From a phage: 64,000 bases of DNA. How positions within the stretch are numbered: the stretch's first letter is position 1; every line of letters begins with the position of its first letter. The stretch lies in the sequence record PZ386971.1; one strand, 5' to 3'. Of the stretch, positions 63,039-64,000 are shown piece after piece. The notes below the pieces were generated by a model, which had not been told where the DNA came from, searched no databases, and worked only from the letters and a program-made list of their open reading frames with translations. The position numbers and the translations under genes were made by a program.

Positions 63039-63352
63039 GACAATACTCCTTTCAGAGCTAAAACGGAAAGCACACCAATAATCAACCATGTCGGGATAAT
63101 TGGCTTGCAGTTCATGTGGGTTTCTCCACCTTCGATGTTCGGGCTTCCTTGTATAAGAACGTGTTCACAGGAAGCTCTGAACGTCATTACACAGCCCATC
63201 AACACAATTGGCCTGATATAATAACCCGTTTTAGTTTGCTTCACGATACATGGAGAGGAGAAGCGCAGATATGGATCCCCTTTCCGGTAGCCTGTGATTG
63301 TGACCTTCTGCACTTCAGAAGGCACTTTTTGGCCAGGAAAATAAATTTTCAT
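63035..63352 (-). CDS. hypothetical protein with C-terminal TM helix (105 aa)
   Basis: ATGA coupling to metallophosphoesterase gene. Confidence 0.4.
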   Translation of the reverse strand: MKIYFPGQKVPSEVQKVTITGYRKGDPYLRFSSPCIVKQTKTGYYIRPIVLMGCVMTFRASCEHVLIQGSPNIEGGETHMNCKPIIPTWLIIGVLSVLALKGVLS

Positions 63353-63909
63353 ATTTCAATCCCCAGATTGGTGTATAACAACTCAGACAGGGTTACAGGA
63401 CGCTTGAATTGTTCCCAGCTGCAGTTCAGGTATTCGCGCTCTTCACGCATTTCACCGTGAAGATGGCCATGGATATTATACGCCCAGCGGTCTAATTGAT
63501 AAGGAACGTGAGTGGTCAGCACACGACCAACCGGAGTATCACGCTCATACATCGCACCAAAGGAGCTAATCCATCCCTCTTGATACAGCTGCATCAACAT
63601 CTTGAATTTGTCATGGTTGCCTTGCGCCACCCTGATGATAAAGTTCGGTCGCCAGTCATCAGGGACGGGGCGGCGCTTGAACTCATCAATATTCCGCTTG
63701 GCAACCTCGCGCATCAGGCGAATGAACCCCTCAGCCCCGATGAAGCAGATGTCCCCAGCCAGTTCAAGGACGTCTCGGGACTTCAGCCCCTGAAAGATAC
63801 TGTCGATAACTGCAGCATCATGTGCCTCTTGGGTATCGAACCCACGGGGCTTGAAGATCTTCTTGTGTCCGAGGTGAGTGTCGCCCAGATACTTTACAAT
63901 TCCTGCCAT
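63349..63909 (-). CDS. calcineurin-like metallophosphoesterase (Ser/Thr phosphatase-like)
   Basis: Motifs GDTHLG, GNHD, GHLHG; internal ATG 63909 with GAGGAG RBS. Confidence 0.75.
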   Translation of the reverse strand: MAGIVKYLGDTHLGHKKIFKPRGFDTQEAHDAAVIDSIFQGLKSRDVLELAGDICFIGAEGFIRLMREVAKRNIDEFKRRPVPDDWRPNFIIRVAQGNHDKFKMLMQLYQEGWISSFGAMYERDTPVGRVLTTHVPYQLDRWAYNIHGHLHGEMREEREYLNCSWEQFKRPVTLSELLYTNLGIEI

Positions 63910-64000
63910 TATGGTCTCCTCAACCATTCTAAAATCGGTACGTTCACAAACCCTTTATGCCAGCGATGGGGTTTATGGCCTCTGTTGTGTTCGAGCAAAC

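Noticed and set aside
1-64000. tRNA genes, CRISPR arrays, integrase or transposase genes
   Set aside because: No T-loop-like GTTCGAATC motifs with cloverleaf context were found in intergenic regions, no regularly spaced direct repeats, and no recombinase or transposase signatures; the window looks like a lytic phage, not a prophage or island

Overview
This window reads as a tailed lytic phage genome segment (no integrase, tRNA, CRISPR or host housekeeping genes seen), with E. coli-like codon usage, so the host is probably an enterobacterium. All calls rest on reading the six-frame translations against protein families I recall; no database search was run. The window carries a T4-type replication and recombination set (gp32 SSB, gp41 helicase, gp61 primase, gp59 loader, UvsX, gp46/gp47, RNase H, DNA ligase, gp55-like late sigma), nucleotide metabolism (NrdA/NrdB, glutaredoxin, dCMP deaminase, dNMP kinase, gp56-like pyrophosphatase, PhoH) and scattered baseplate/tail genes (gp5, gp25, gp53, gp48/54-like tube proteins, a tape-measure-like protein). 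The strongest candidate system is a thymidine-modification module: a divergent thymidylate-synthase-family enzyme translationally coupled to a P-loop kinase, followed by dNMP kinase and a gp56-like pyrophosphatase, with dCMP deaminase elsewhere. This matches the known logic of 5-hydroxymethyl-dU hypermodifying phages but is only inferred here. Other leads are an acyl-carrier-protein look-alike with the attachment serine replaced by glutamate, a small early protein with an R-S-ExE ADP-ribosyltransferase-like signature, a PspA-like protein, an early cluster of exported proteins, and a 17-nt leader motif shared by at least six early genes. Two promoter families are visible: early TTTACT-N17-TATTAT behind terminator hairpins, and late TAAATA(C/G)C elements. 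Several ORF-track entries start at GTG/TTG and were re-anchored to internal ATGs with ribosome-binding sites; three proteins under 60 aa were added by hand.
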